Positions 18,267-28,002 of a stretch of DNA of 64,000 nucleotides are shown here, in pieces (the stretch's first letter is position 1; each line of letters begins with the position of its first letter). The notes under the pieces are model-generated. The model saw nothing but the letters and a program-made list of their open reading frames with translations. It made no database searches and was not told the origin of the DNA. The stretch spans positions 30,046 through 94,045 of the forward strand of contig CAVKZS010000001.1 in NCBI GenBank assembly GCA_963660925.1. The letters run 5' to 3'. Position numbers and translations under genes: made by a program. This DNA comes from Eubacterium sp. CAG:38 (GTDB lineage: Bacteria > Bacillota > Clostridia > Oscillospirales > Ruminococcaceae).

Positions 18267-19457
18267 ATGCAACCCACCCAAAAATATTACGAAGCGGACG
18301 CGTTCCGCACCAAGGCCGACAGCACTATCCTCGCCGTGGAACCGGACCCCAAGACCGGCGGCGGGAAGATCGCGCTGGACGGCACGGTTTTCTACCCCGA
18401 AGGCGGCGGCCAGCCCGCCGACAAAGGCACGCTCACCCTCGCCGACGGCACCGTGCTGAACGTTCTGGATGTCCACGAGCAGGGCGGCGTCATCTGGCAC
18501 ACGGTCGACACCCTACCCGAAGCGGCTGCCGTTGGCTCTGCCGTGACCGGTGCGATCGACTGGGACCGGCGGTTCGACAAGATGCAGCAGCACACCGGCG
18601 AGCACATCCTCTCCGGCATCCTGCACTCAATGTTCGGCGCGGAGAACGTCGGCTTCCACATTGGTTCCGAGGCCGTCCGGATGGACACCAGCGTCCCCAT
18701 CTCCGCCGAGGGCCTGCGGCAGGCCGAGCTTGCCGCCAACCGGATCGTCTGGCAGGATGTGCCGGTGGTCATCACCTACCCCACCCCCGAAGAGCTGGCC
18801 GCGCTGACCTACCGGAGCAAGAAAGAGATTTCCGGGCAGGTGCGGATCGTGACCATCCCGGGCGCGGACGTCTGCGCCTGCTGCGGCACCCACACCGCCA
18901 CCACCGGGCAGGTGGGACAGATCAAGATCCTCGCCGCCGAGAACTACAAGGGCGGCGTCCGGCTGAGCATCGTCTGCGGCAAGCGCGCCTTGGAAGAATC
19001 GCAGGCCATGCGGGGCCGGCAGGCCGACATCGGCGCACTGCTGAGCGCGAAATCCAGCGAGACGGCCCACGCCGTCCACCGGGTGTACGACGAGTACACC
19101 GCGTTGAAATTCGCCCACTTCGGCCTGTGCAGCCAGCTGTTCGACGCACTGGCCGCCCTCACCCGGCCCGGCGAGGACGCTGTCCGGATCGTGCCCGGTC
19201 TGGACCCTGACGGCCTGCACCGGCTGGCCGTCCGGCTGACCGAAGCCACCGACGGCCTGTGCGCGGCCCTGACCGCCAACGAAAAGGGCACCGGCTACTG
19301 CCTTGCCAAAGCCAACGGCGATGTCCGCGCCCTGACCAAAGCCCTGAACACCGCCCTCAACGGACGCGGCGGCGGCAAGCCCGGCATCTGTCAGGGCAGC
19401 TGCGCCGCCACACCGGAAGAAGTAGAGAAGTTTTTAAAGGAGAACCACGAATTATGA
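18267..19457 (+). CDS. AlaX-family alanyl-tRNA editing protein with DHHA1 domain
   Basis: FYPEGGGQPAD, QQHTGEH, CACCGTH and GRGGG motifs. Confidence 0.9.
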   Translation: MQPTQKYYEADAFRTKADSTILAVEPDPKTGGGKIALDGTVFYPEGGGQPADKGTLTLADGTVLNVLDVHEQGGVIWHTVDTLPEAAAVGSAVTGAIDWDRRFDKMQQHTGEHILSGILHSMFGAENVGFHIGSEAVRMDTSVPISAEGLRQAELAANRIVWQDVPVVITYPTPEELAALTYRSKKEISGQVRIVTIPGADVCACCGTHTATTGQVGQIKILAAENYKGGVRLSIVCGKRALEESQAMRGRQADIGALLSAKSSETAHAVHRVYDEYTALKFAHFGLCSQLFDALAALTRPGEDAVRIVPGLDPDGLHRLAVRLTEATDGLCAALTANEKGTGYCLAKANGDVRALTKALNTALNGRGGGKPGICQGSCAATPEEVEKFLKENHEL

Positions 19458-20218
19458 GAATGCGTTTCAAGCCCTATGCCCGCGCTGAGCTGATGGCCAG
19501 CGATTTTCATGTCCACGATCCCTTTGTCTGGGGCGGCAAGTGGCGCGCCCAGTACGCCCGGCCCGAACAGCCCTTCATCCTCGAACTGGGCTGCGGCAAG
19601 GGCGGTTTCATCTCCCAGCTGGCCTGCGCCCACCCCGAGAACAACTACCTCGGCATCGACATCACCGATAAAGTGCTGATCCTCGCCAAGCGGAAGATCG
19701 AAGCCGCTTACACCGAAGCGGGCCGCCCCATCGACAACGTGAAGATCATGAGCGCGGACATCGAGCGGATCCACAACGTCATCACCCCCGAGGACACCGT
19801 CAGCCGGATCTACATCAACTTCTGCAACCCGTGGAGCAAGAACGCTTCCTCCAACAAGCACCGCCTGACCTATCCCCGCCAGCTGATCCAGTACCGCGCT
19901 TTCCTCGAGGACGGCGGCGAGATCTACTTCAAGACCGACGACGATGATCTCTTCCGGGACAGCCTCGAGTACTTCCCGGCCTCGGGCTACGAGATCACTT
20001 GGAAGACCTTCGACCTCCACGAGAACGAGCCGGAGTGGAACATCCGCACCGAACACGAGGGGATGTTCACCGAGATGGGGATCAAGATCAAAGCCCTGAT
20101 CGCCCGGAAACTGCCCGGCGACGACACCGTGACGTGGATCGAGCCGAAGGTGCTCAAAAAGCTGGCAGCGCAGGCGGAAGCCGAAGCCAACGCCGAGCCG
20201 CAGCCCGCACAGGACTAA
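19454..20218 (+). CDS. trmB: tRNA (guanine-N7)-methyltransferase
   Basis: ELGCGKG, INFCNPW, HRLT, FKTD and TEHE motifs. ATGA overlap with the upstream stop. Confidence 0.92.
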   Translation: MRMRFKPYARAELMASDFHVHDPFVWGGKWRAQYARPEQPFILELGCGKGGFISQLACAHPENNYLGIDITDKVLILAKRKIEAAYTEAGRPIDNVKIMSADIERIHNVITPEDTVSRIYINFCNPWSKNASSNKHRLTYPRQLIQYRAFLEDGGEIYFKTDDDDLFRDSLEYFPASGYEITWKTFDLHENEPEWNIRTEHEGMFTEMGIKIKALIARKLPGDDTVTWIEPKVLKKLAAQAEAEANAEPQPAQD

Positions 20219-20233
20219 CGGGAGGTGCGTGCT

Positions 20234-21301
20234 ATGGCATCCGTTGTTTCCTTCTTCACCAACACGATGATCCTGAACGAGCTTTCGCTCTATCAGGTCT
20301 TCGCCTATTTCCTGATCTACTCCTGCCTCGGCTGGTGCGTCGAGGTCGTCTATGCCGCCGTCACCACCGGCGAGCTGGTCAACCGGGGCTTCCTCAACGG
20401 CCCGGTCTGCCCCATCTACGGTTTCGGCATGCTCATCGTCCTGTTCGCCCTGACGCCCTTGGAGCACAGCGTCCTGCTGCTCTACATCGGCGGCGTCATC
20501 CTCCCCAGTGCGCTGGAGCTGGTGGGCGGCTGGCTGCTCTACAAGGTCTACCACACCCGGTGGTGGGATTACAGTGACTATCCCTTCAACATCGGCGGTT
20601 ACATCTGCCTCGAGTTCTGTCTGCTCTGGGGCGTAGGCACGCTGGTCATGATGAAGGCCGTCCACCCCGCCATCGCCTCCATCTTTGCCATGATCCCGCC
20701 CGCGGTGGGCCTGATCCTGATGGTTCTGCTCTATATCGTCTACGCGGCCGATCTGGTCGTCACCCTTGTCACGGCCAAGGGTCTGGTGCAGGATCTCGAA
20801 ACGCTGGAAAAGGTGGGCGACAGCATCCATGCCATCAGCGACGCCATGACCGACCTGCTGGGCAATACCGCCCTCGATGCCGACCAGAAGATGGACGAGA
20901 GCCGCCTGCAGCTCAAGCTGGCCGCTGCCGAAGCCCGGGATTCTGCCGCCAAGCTGTCCCGCACCGACGCCCTTGCCGCCATGCGGTCCAAGGCGGATGA
21001 AGCCATGGAAGCTGCCCGCAAAGCCTCGCAGGACGCCAAGCTCAACGCTACTGAAGCCGCAACTGCGGTCAAGCTGGCCGCCAAAGGCACTGCCGAGCGG
21101 ACCGCCGAGCTGCTCCGTCTGGAACAGCTGTCCGAGGAGCTGCAGGCCCGCAGCGAAGAGATGCAGGCCCGCCTGCAGAAAGAGCATTCGCCCATCGGCC
21201 GCCGCCGTATGATCCGCGCCTTCCCCAAGATGAAGTACGGCAAAAAGCTCACCCCCCTCGCTACCCTGCGGGAGCGGCTGAAAAACGAAAAGAAAGACTG
21301 A
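20234..21301 (+). CDS. CmpB-like (putative ABC permease family) membrane protein with coiled-coil tail
   Basis: YSCLGWCVE, NRGFLNGPVCPIYG and WWDYS...NIGGYICL motifs; GGAGGT SD. Confidence 0.8.
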   Translation: MASVVSFFTNTMILNELSLYQVFAYFLIYSCLGWCVEVVYAAVTTGELVNRGFLNGPVCPIYGFGMLIVLFALTPLEHSVLLLYIGGVILPSALELVGGWLLYKVYHTRWWDYSDYPFNIGGYICLEFCLLWGVGTLVMMKAVHPAIASIFAMIPPAVGLILMVLLYIVYAADLVVTLVTAKGLVQDLETLEKVGDSIHAISDAMTDLLGNTALDADQKMDESRLQLKLAAAEARDSAAKLSRTDALAAMRSKADEAMEAARKASQDAKLNATEAATAVKLAAKGTAERTAELLRLEQLSEELQARSEEMQARLQKEHSPIGRRRMIRAFPKMKYGKKLTPLATLRERLKNEKKD

Positions 21302-21312
21302 TCCTTCCCACA

Positions 21313-21344
21313 ACAAAAGCCCCGGCTCGCGCCGGGGCTTTTGT
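21313..21344. terminator. Bidirectional terminator
   Basis: ACAAAAGCCCCGGC / GCCGGGGCTTTTGT between convergent genes. Confidence 0.85.
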
Positions 21345-21356
21345 GCGTTATTCAGC

Positions 21357-22277
21357 TTATTTCCAGAGATTTTCGGGGTAGAGGCCCTCTTTGGTCATCC
21401 GGTCGATGGCGGCGACGACGAAGGGCTTATCCTCGCGGTAGGTCACGCCGTACCACTTGTCGTGGCTGCTCAGAAGCTTGACAGCGGCCTTGTGCTCGTC
21501 GATCAGCTCGGTGACGACGGTCGGAAGGAAGTACTCGCACTTGAGCGGATTTTTCGGCAGATTCTCGGTCAGCCAGCCGGCAAAGCGGCGGTCGGCCTCA
21601 TCGAGGAAGCTGCGGCTGAAGCCCCACAGGTTCATGCTGACCGGGGTATCGCCGGGCAGGTCGGTCCAGCTGGCACCGCCGTCCTCGGTATAGTGGATGC
21701 CGTCCGCATAAGTCTCGATCCGGGTGCGCTCGGTAACGCTGTGGAGCGTGCCGTCGGGGTTGGCCATGCAGACGCCGCGGGAGACGCTGCCGTTCTCGGA
21801 GACGGTGTTTTTCAGCAGATAGCTCACCATGCAGTAATCGTAGAGGGTGCCGTCCTCATGGGTGGAGAGATAATCGTAGATCACCTTGAACGCCTCCGGG
21901 CCGTAGTAGTCGTCGGCGTTGATGACCGCAAAGGGGCCGTCAATGAGGTCTTTCGCGGCCAGCACTGCATGGCAGGTGCCCCACGGCTTGACCCGGCCCT
22001 CCGGGATGGCAAAGCCTTCCGGCAGATTTTCCAGCTGCTGGAACGCATACTTCACCTGCATCACCTTGGACACCCGGTCGCCGATGGCGGCGCGGAAAGT
22101 CTCTTCCAGCTCCTTTTTGATGACGAACACCACCGTCTCGAACCCTGCGCGGTGGGCGTCGTAGAGGGAATAGTCGATAATGACCTGACCGTTCGGCCCC
22201 ACCGGGTCGATCTGCTTCATGCCACCGTAGCGGCTGCCCATGCCTGCCGCCATGACCACCAGTACCGGTTTGTTCAT
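21357..22277 (-). CDS. Sugar-phosphate nucleotidyltransferase family protein
   Basis: VMAAGMGSRYGGMKQ, KPWGTCHA and VINADDYYG motifs. Confidence 0.88.
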   Translation of the reverse strand: MNKPVLVVMAAGMGSRYGGMKQIDPVGPNGQVIIDYSLYDAHRAGFETVVFVIKKELEETFRAAIGDRVSKVMQVKYAFQQLENLPEGFAIPEGRVKPWGTCHAVLAAKDLIDGPFAVINADDYYGPEAFKVIYDYLSTHEDGTLYDYCMVSYLLKNTVSENGSVSRGVCMANPDGTLHSVTERTRIETYADGIHYTEDGGASWTDLPGDTPVSMNLWGFSRSFLDEADRRFAGWLTENLPKNPLKCEYFLPTVVTELIDEHKAAVKLLSSHDKWYGVTYREDKPFVVAAIDRMTKEGLYPENLWK

Positions 22278-22442
22278 TGTTTGTAACCTCCTGCTCGCAG
22301 AACTTTTGCCCCATTATACTCCAAATCCGGCCCGGCAACAAGGCACCGGCCCCTGTTTTTTCGTTCCATCTGCTTTACTTTCGGCAGAAAAGGCGGTATT
22401 CTTTATATATTGTACTGTTTCAGCATTTTTCAGGAGGGACCC

Positions 22443-24215
22443 ATGGACATCCGCCAACTGCATTATTTTCTGGTTCTCTGCGAGGAGATGAACTACACCC
22501 GCGCGGCCCAGCGGCTGTTTTTGTCGCGGCAGGCGTTGCGGCAGAGCATCACCGCACTGGAGGCTGAGCTGTGCGGCCCGCTGTTCGTCAGCGCGCACCA
22601 CAAGCTCTCCCTGACCGACCGGGGCCTGAGCCTGCAGCGGCACGCCGCGCCGGTGGTCGAGCAGTTCCAGCAGATGCAGGCCGCGCTCCATGCCGAGATC
22701 CAGTCCGCCGAGCCCATCAAGATCGGCATCAGCGTCTCGCTGGTGCCCGACTATCTGCCCGGCCTTGAGACCCAGCTCGACAAATTCCGACAGCAGTATC
22801 CCCACATCGAGATGCGGTTCCGGCTGCTGGACAACGACGCCGTGGCCGACGGGGTCGAGCAGGGCGAGCTGGACGCCGGCCTTGTGATGGACTTGGGCTG
22901 TGCAGCCAAAGTGCTGGCCCGGACAACCCTCCGGGCAGACCCTGCCTGTCTGCTGGTGCCCCGGGGCCACCCCTTCTGGGAGAAAGAGAGCATCCCCCTC
23001 GCCGAGCTGCGGGGCCAGCACATCCTGCTGCCCAGCCTGCGGCAGGATCTCTTCGCGCCCCTCTGGGACACCTGCGCCCGGGCCGGTTTTGCGCCCGACG
23101 CCGAGATCGGCCCCAGCTTCTATCAGGCCTATTACCTCGTGCAGGAGCAGCTCTGCACCTGCCTGACCCGGTACGAGCCGGGTGCCCGCCGGGAGCTGGA
23201 CCGGGTGCGGGACGTGCTGATCGAGGATCTGCCGCCCCTCTGCGTCTCCCTCGTCCAGCGGCGGGACCACAGCTCTGCCTACATCGACCTGCTGCGCAGC
23301 TATTTGATGGATGTGCTGGGCGGTTCGGCTTCCCTGCCGCCCCGCCGCGGACGGCCGGCCAAGCCCTTCTACAACCTGCCCGTCCTGTCCAGCAGTGCCG
23401 AAAAGCAGCCGGTGCCTACCGCTGCATCCCACCCGGCACCCGGCACCCCGCTGCCCTTCGAGGGCGGCCACAACTTCCGGGAGCTGGGCGGCTACACCGC
23501 CGACGAAGGTAAGACCGTCAAATGGGGGCAGATCTTCCGGGGCATCCCCACCAGCCTGCTGCAGAGCGACGCCGACCGGAAGCTGCTGGATTCGCTGGGC
23601 CTGCGGCTGATCCTCGACCTGCGGAGCGAGGCAGAGGCCGCAAAACAGCCCGACTATGTGCCGGACGGTGCCCGTCTGGTGCGGATCTGCGGCCTCTGCC
23701 ACCCGGACGGCACCGAGATTGCCTTCTCGCCCGAGGACAAAGAGAAATTGCTGAAAGGCCGTCTGGACGAGGACCACAACATGGCCGACGCCATGTACGA
23801 GCAGATGCTTTTCGGCAACAAGGCGTTCAAGGAGCTGTTCCGCGCGCTGGAAGCCGGCGAGACGCCCATTCTCTTCCACTGCTCCGCCGGAAAAGACCGC
23901 ACCGGCGTGGCCGCCATGCTCATTCTGCTGGCTCTGGGAGCCACGGATGAAGTCATCTCCGCCGATTTCGTCCAGAGCAATGTCTGCCGCCAGTCGGAGC
24001 TGGAAGCAGCATGGGCCAAGCACGCTGACGAGATTGCCGCGAACCCCGCCATGAAGGAGCATTACCTCGGCATCGCGGGCGTTTACCCCGAGTCGGTGCC
24101 CTTTGTGCTGGGCATCATCCGGCAGAAATTCGGCAGCGGCGACGCCTACCTCGAGGCCGAATACGGCCTGACCCCCGCCCGCCTCATGCGCCTGCGCCGG
24201 ATGTATTTAGAATAA
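22443..24215 (+). CDS. LysR-family regulator fused to a protein-tyrosine phosphatase (MptpB/IphP-like)
   Basis: LysR HTH (NYTRAAQRLFLSRQAL) and substrate-binding domain, then NFRELGGY, ILDLRS and the P-loop HCSAGKDRTG. AGGAGG SD. Confidence 0.88.
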   Translation: MDIRQLHYFLVLCEEMNYTRAAQRLFLSRQALRQSITALEAELCGPLFVSAHHKLSLTDRGLSLQRHAAPVVEQFQQMQAALHAEIQSAEPIKIGISVSLVPDYLPGLETQLDKFRQQYPHIEMRFRLLDNDAVADGVEQGELDAGLVMDLGCAAKVLARTTLRADPACLLVPRGHPFWEKESIPLAELRGQHILLPSLRQDLFAPLWDTCARAGFAPDAEIGPSFYQAYYLVQEQLCTCLTRYEPGARRELDRVRDVLIEDLPPLCVSLVQRRDHSSAYIDLLRSYLMDVLGGSASLPPRRGRPAKPFYNLPVLSSSAEKQPVPTAASHPAPGTPLPFEGGHNFRELGGYTADEGKTVKWGQIFRGIPTSLLQSDADRKLLDSLGLRLILDLRSEAEAAKQPDYVPDGARLVRICGLCHPDGTEIAFSPEDKEKLLKGRLDEDHNMADAMYEQMLFGNKAFKELFRALEAGETPILFHCSAGKDRTGVAAMLILLALGATDEVISADFVQSNVCRQSELEAAWAKHADEIAANPAMKEHYLGIAGVYPESVPFVLGIIRQKFGSGDAYLEAEYGLTPARLMRLRRMYLE

Positions 24216-24248
24216 GCCTAAAAATCTTGAAAAATGAGTTTGGATTAC

Positions 24249-24277
24249 TTGACATTCCGCCGAATCTCTCGTAATAT
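24249..24277 (+). promoter_or_regulatory. SigA promoter upstream of rny
   Basis: TTGACA-17 bp-TAATAT. Confidence 0.7.
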
Positions 24278-24550
24278 AAGAAGTAGTATGGAATTCATGA
24301 CGCTGTATGCTGGGCGTTCTGCGAACAAATTTCAATGGGGCTTCATCTGCCCGTTTTTATAAGAAGATCTTGTAAATCTCAAAAAGCCGCATCAAGGACC
24401 TGCAGACCGGGCAAACCGCCGCTCTGCCTGTGTTTTGTTGTCTCTTTTCCGTTGAAAATCGCATCATAGAACCTGTTCCCGCGCTTTTGCACCGCAGCGT
24501 CTCCAGAATTTAGTTGAATTTGAATTTTGACTTTAAGGAGAGTGAACACG

Positions 24551-26122
24551 ATGACCCCGATCACTTTGATCGTGGCGTTGATCGTAGCTGCCGTTGGCAT
24601 CGGCGCGGGTTATTTTATTGGTTACAACAACCGTAAAAAGACCGCTGAGGCCCAGATCGGCAGTGCCGAAGCCGAGGCGACCCGCCTCGTGAACGAAGCG
24701 ATCAAAACCGCGGACCAAAAACGCAAAGAAGCCGTTCTGGAAGCAAAGGACGAGGCTTTCCGCCTGAAAGCGGAAGTTGACGCCCAGAAAGCGGAGGCCG
24801 ACAAGGAGATCAAGCAGCGTCGCGCTGAGATCACCCGGCAGGAGAACCGCATCGACCAGAAGGAGACCGCCCTCGACCGCAAGACCGAAGCTCTGGAGCG
24901 GAAAGAGGAAGAGCTGAAAAAGAAGAACGAAGAGGCTGACGCACATCTGGCCGAGATCGACGCCCTGCGCGCCAAGGAGATGGAGCGTCTGGAGACGCTG
25001 GCCGGCCTGAGTCAGGAAGACGCCCGCGAAGTGCTGCTGCACAAGGTGGACGAGGAACTGACCCACGAGAAAGCCGTCCGTGTGGCTGCCTACGAGACCG
25101 ATCTGAAGGAGAACTGCGACAACATCGCCCGCAACCTGATCGGTCAGGCCATCAGCCGCTGCGCTGCTGACCACTGCAGCGAGACCACCGTCAGCGTCGT
25201 GCCGCTGCCCAGTGACGAGATGAAGGGCCGCATCATCGGTCGTGAGGGCCGCAACATCCGCGCCCTCGAGACTGCGACCGGCGTGGATCTCATCATCGAC
25301 GATACCCCGGAGGCCATCACCCTGTCCTCTTTCGACCAGACCCGCCGCGAGGTCGCCCGGATGACGCTGGAACGTCTGATCGGCGACGGCCGTATCCATC
25401 CGGCCCGCATCGAGGAGACGGTGGAGAAGTGCCGCCACGACCTCGAGCTGCAGATGAAGCGCGAGGGCGAGCACGCCGTTATGGAGCTGGGCATCCACGG
25501 CCTGCACCCCGACCTGATCAAGCTGATCGGCCGCCTGAAGTACCGCACCAGCTTCGGCCAGAATGCCCTGACCCACAGCATGGAAGTGGCTTGGCTGGCT
25601 GGCCTGCTGGCCGGTGAGATGGGCGTGAACGTCACGCTGGCACGCCGTGCCGGTCTGCTGCATGACATCGGCAAGGCTCTTGACCACGAGATCGAGGGCA
25701 GCCACGTCCAGATCGGCGTCGATATCTGCCGCAAGTATAAGGAGAACACCCAGATCATCCACGCCATCGAAGCCCACCACGGCGATGTCGAGCCCAAGAC
25801 CCCGCTGGCCTTCATCATTCAGGCCTGCGACGCCATCAGTGCCGCCCGCCCGGGTGCCCGCCGTGAGAACGTTGAGAGCTACGTCAAGCGTCTGGAAAAT
25901 CTGGAGGAGATCTCTTCCAGCTTCGAGGGCGTCGAGCAGGCATTCGCTGTGCAGGCCGGCCGCGAGGTGCGCATCATGGTCAAGCCCGACGTCATCAGCG
26001 ACGATCAGGTGATCCTGCTGGCCCGTTCCATCGCCAAGAAGATCGAGGACACCCTCGATTATCCCGGCCAGATCAAGGTCAACGTCATCCGCGAGAGCCG
26101 TGCTGTCGAGTACGCAAAGTAA
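24551..26122 (+). CDS. rny: Ribonuclease Y
   Basis: N-terminal TM helix, coiled coil, KH domain ([13 protein letters not shown]) and HD domain (LLHDIGK). Confidence 0.97.
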   Translation: MTPITLIVALIVAAVGIGAGYFIGYNNRKKTAEAQIGSAEAEATRLVNEAIKTADQKRKEAVLEAKDEAFRLKAEVDAQKAEADKEIKQRRAEITRQENRIDQKETALDRKTEALERKEEELKKKNEEADAHLAEIDALRAKEMERLETLAGLSQEDAREVLLHKVDEELTHEKAVRVAAYETDLKENCDNIARNLIGQAISRCAADHCSETTVSVVPLPSDEMKGRIIGREGRNIRALETATGVDLIIDDTPEAITLSSFDQTRREVARMTLERLIGDGRIHPARIEETVEKCRHDLELQMKREGEHAVMELGIHGLHPDLIKLIGRLKYRTSFGQNALTHSMEVAWLAGLLAGEMGVNVTLARRAGLLHDIGKALDHEIEGSHVQIGVDICRKYKENTQIIHAIEAHHGDVEPKTPLAFIIQACDAISAARPGARRENVESYVKRLENLEEISSSFEGVEQAFAVQAGREVRIMVKPDVISDDQVILLARSIAKKIEDTLDYPGQIKVNVIRESRAVEYAK

Positions 26123-26136
26123 ATCCTGTCTTTTCC

Positions 26137-26170
26137 GAAGCCGCTGTGGGAAACCACGGCGGCTTTTTTC
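26137..26170 (+). terminator. Intrinsic terminator of rny
   Basis: AAGCCGCTGTGG / CCACGGCGGCTT stem followed by a T run. Confidence 0.85.
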
Positions 26171-26182
26171 TGTGTTTTGTGC

Positions 26183-26211
26183 TTGACAATCCCGGGCAAA
26201 GGGAGTATACT
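26183..26211 (+). promoter_or_regulatory. SigA promoter of the symporter gene
   Basis: TTGACA-17 bp-TATACT. Confidence 0.8.
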
Positions 26212-26275
26212 TCTCCTCACAACCCAATAAACATACAAATAATATAGGTTTTATAGGAATAGGAGGAATCAACTC

Positions 26276-27595
26276 ATGTCTGTGGATCTTCTGGATCTGG
26301 GGGCCTTGGCCCTGAGCGCAGTGTTCTTTGCACTGCTGTATTACCTGCACAAGAAAAAGCACGTCGATTTCGGCATCCGCACCATTCTGGCCGTTGGTCT
26401 CGGCCTGATCGTGGGTCTGGTCTTTAAGGGCCATCACACCTACGTTGCGGCGGTCGGCACCATTTACGCCCATGTTGTTTCAGCTGTGGTCGTGCCGCTG
26501 CTGATTTTCAGCATCATCTCCAGCATCACCAACCTCGGCAACTCGGTGCGGCTCAAGAACATCGGCCTCAAGACCGTCTTCTTCCTCGTGCTGAACACCT
26601 TCTTTGCCAGCGTCATCACCCTGATCGCCGGCATCGTCACCAACGTGGGCCACGGCGTCCAGTATGAGCTGGCCACCGACTACACCGCCAAGGAAGTCCC
26701 CACCTTTGTGGATACCGTCATCAGCCTCTTCCCCAGCAATCTGGCCTCCCACTGGGTCAACGGCGAGGTCGTTCCCATCGTCGTCTTCTCCATTCTGGTT
26801 GCCATCAGCTACAACAAGCTGGCCGTCAAGAAGCCCGAAGAGGCCGCACCTTTCAAAAAGTTCATCGACGCCGGTGATCTGGTCATGGGCCGGGTCGTCA
26901 GCTATGTCATCTCCTTCACCCCGTATGCCGTTCTGTCCCTGATCGCCCGCGCCGTCAGCCGCTCTTCTCCGGCCGATCTGCTGCCCCTGCTGAGCGTTCT
27001 GGTGCTGACCTATGTGCTCTGCGCCATCCAGATCTTTGTGGTCGAGGGTGCGCTCATCAAGTTCGTGGGCCATCTCAGCCCGATCAAGTTCTTCAAGGGC
27101 ATCTGGCCGGCAGCCACCGTCGCCTTTACCTCCCAGAGCAGCATCGGCACCATCCCGGTCAACGTCAACCAGCTGACCAAGAAGCTGGGCGTCAACGAGG
27201 ACATCGCCTCCTTCGGTGCAAGCCTTGGTGCCAACCTTGGTATGCCGGGCTGCGCCGGTGTCTGGCCCACCCTGCTGGCCGTCTTTACCATCCATCTGCT
27301 GGGCATTGACTACACCCCCGTGCAGTACGCCTTCCTCGTGGTGCTGGCCGTCGTCGTCTCCATCGGCACCGTCGGCGTGCCCGGCACAGCCACCATCACC
27401 GCCACGGCCCTGTTTGCCGCCGCCGGCCTGCCCGTGGAAGCCATCATCCTGCTTTCGCCCATTTCCAGCATCGCAGACATGGCCCGCACCGCCACCAACG
27501 TTGTGGGTGCTGCTACGGCTACGACCCTCGTTGCGGCCACCGAAGGCCAGCTAGACAAGGCCGTGTACAACGGCGAAGCTGCCGAGAACGCCTGA
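26276..27595 (+). CDS. Dicarboxylate/amino acid:cation symporter (TcyP-like, possibly cystine uptake)
   Basis: AFTSQSSIGTIP, GMPGCAG and DMARTATNV motifs of the DAACS family. Confidence 0.88.
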   Translation: MSVDLLDLGALALSAVFFALLYYLHKKKHVDFGIRTILAVGLGLIVGLVFKGHHTYVAAVGTIYAHVVSAVVVPLLIFSIISSITNLGNSVRLKNIGLKTVFFLVLNTFFASVITLIAGIVTNVGHGVQYELATDYTAKEVPTFVDTVISLFPSNLASHWVNGEVVPIVVFSILVAISYNKLAVKKPEEAAPFKKFIDAGDLVMGRVVSYVISFTPYAVLSLIARAVSRSSPADLLPLLSVLVLTYVLCAIQIFVVEGALIKFVGHLSPIKFFKGIWPAATVAFTSQSSIGTIPVNVNQLTKKLGVNEDIASFGASLGANLGMPGCAGVWPTLLAVFTIHLLGIDYTPVQYAFLVVLAVVVSIGTVGVPGTATITATALFAAAGLPVEAIILLSPISSIADMARTATNVVGAATATTLVAATEGQLDKAVYNGEAAENA

Positions 27596-27630
27596 TCTGC
27601 GTTCTCTTCTCCCATCAAGACTCTCCTTCT

Positions 27631-27671
27631 GCGCCCTTTGTGCCCGAAAAGCACAGAGGGCGTTTTTCTTT
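27631..27671 (+). terminator. Intrinsic terminator
   Basis: CGCCCTTTGTGC / GCACAGAGGGCG stem followed by a T run. Confidence 0.75.
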
Positions 27672-28002
27672 ACAAAACAAAGGGCCCGCGCATCGCTGTA
27701 TTTTTATGGCGTACAAGTCATACTTATTTTGCAGCCACTGTATTTTCGTAGCGTACAGTACAGGGTCAAAACTATACAAAATTTAACGCGGATTTTCGGC
27801 AGAATGTTGGTCAAACCACAGAAATCCCATCAAACGCCTCGGTTTTTCGGCAAACCCCTTTCTTTTTCGATCGGGGCGGAGTATAATACAGCCATCGCAC
27901 AAGGGTGTGTGAGCTCCAGAGGGGGAGCCAAGTCACCTTGTGCATTTTTCAGAACCACGCGCTTTATCAAGCTAAAGTGGTGAAGAGAGGGGAAAAGATA
28001 TT

